Source: Candidatus Altiarchaeota archaeon
GTDB taxonomy: Archaea > Altiarchaeota > Altiarchaeia > IMC4 > SCGC-AAA252-I15
Reading direction: 5' to 3'
Assembly: GCA_043800705.1 (NCBI GenBank)
Contig: JAZDMS010000040.1
Coordinates: 5,550 to 69,549, forward strand
Length of the DNA: 64,000 nt
In this document: positions 63,519 to 64,000 of the stretch, in pieces
Layout of the letters: each line of letters starts with the position of its first letter
How positions within the stretch are numbered: the stretch's first letter is position 1
The notes under the pieces: generated by a model
Database searches by the model: none
Told to the model about the DNA's origin: nothing
What the model saw: the letters and a program-made list of their open reading frames with translations, nothing else
Program-made: the position numbers and the translations under genes

Positions 63519-64000
63519 ATGATGCTATTGCGCAAGCGACAGCCCATTGACTCCCTAAAGGACGGAAACATGGTTGATGACGTCTTCGCCGTGAAGCTGA
63601 AGAAGGGCGTCCAGCCCTATGCGAAAGGCCACACGTTCCACCTACTGCTCACGGACTCCAGCGGCAGGAGCATCGACTACAAATACTGGGGCGGACCGGA
63701 CGCCGCCAAGGTGAAGGCATTGTACGACAGCATCCCCTCCGACGGCGTCGTCCATGTCCTGGGGAAGGTGACGACCTATCAGGACAAGCCGCAGATATCC
63801 ACCAACGAACCTGACACGGTCCGGTCATTGGCGGAAGGGGAATACGACAGTTCGGACTTCATCCCAGTCGCAAGGAGGGACGTCGAGGCCATGTGGGCGG
63901 AACTGGAAGGCCTCATCGGCGGCGTAAAGGACCCAGCGACAAGGGAACTCCTCGAAACGGTGTTCAACGACCCCCGGATACGGGAGAAATTCAAGAATCA
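63519..64000 (+). CDS. OB-fold nucleic-acid-binding protein, N-terminal part (likely OB plus HD nuclease; runs off the window end)
   Basis: My translation gives MMLLRKRQPIDSLKDGNMVDDVFAVKLKKGVQPYAKGHTFHLLLTDSSGRSIDYKYWGG....VHVLGKVTTYQDKPQIS.., an OB-fold pattern as in YhaM-like exonucleases. No stop falls within the window. Confidence 0.5.
   Translation, partial: MMLLRKRQPIDSLKDGNMVDDVFAVKLKKGVQPYAKGHTFHLLLTDSSGRSIDYKYWGGPDAAKVKALYDSIPSDGVVHVLGKVTTYQDKPQISTNEPDTVRSLAEGEYDSSDFIPVARRDVEAMWAELEGLIGGVKDPATRELLETVFNDPRIREKFKN

Overview
The window is a GC-rich (about 58-60% by eye) archaeal chromosomal segment. Nop5, Sec61beta, FtsZ, archaeal ApgM, type-2 IPP isomerase, GGPP synthase and SepCysS together suggest a methanogen- or Thermoplasmata-like euryarchaeon. 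About 60 protein genes are dense and mostly housekeeping. They include gdhA, two tandem Lrp-like regulators, H+-PPase, a P-type ATPase, SepCysS, thiM/thiE/thiL, guaA, ftsZ, apgM, nop5, trmI, proS, idsA-fni-yhbY and hom. A glycogen cluster carries glgA-like GT5, GH57, a debranching enzyme and a eukaryote-type GT3 synthase. Accessory, lower-GC patches encode secreted or surface proteins. I saw no rRNA, tRNA, CRISPR array, transposase or integrase, and no convincing multi-gene defence-type system. The unusual signals are structural. (1) Three gene-terminus duplications: a thiL5'::guaA3' chimeric mini-ORF joined at a 12-nt microhomology, a relic PAC2 3' end, and a uORF copying the GH57 N-terminus. 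The PAC2 and GH57 copies differ from the live copies only synonymously. (2) A conserved heptad-periodic long hairpin occurs 3' of two surface-protein genes, with G-U pairing that works only on the plus-strand RNA. (3) A canonical-geometry C/D box sRNA candidate sits inside a 90-bp tandem duplication near nop5, which lacks an adjacent fibrillarin gene. (4) A small ORF is translationally coupled to SepCysS. (5) A dispersed family of Thr/Ser-stalk plus Cys-rich secreted proteins includes one gene cassette bracketed by 70-bp direct repeats. All calls rest on reading the sequence and ORF track by eye. No searches or computations were run.
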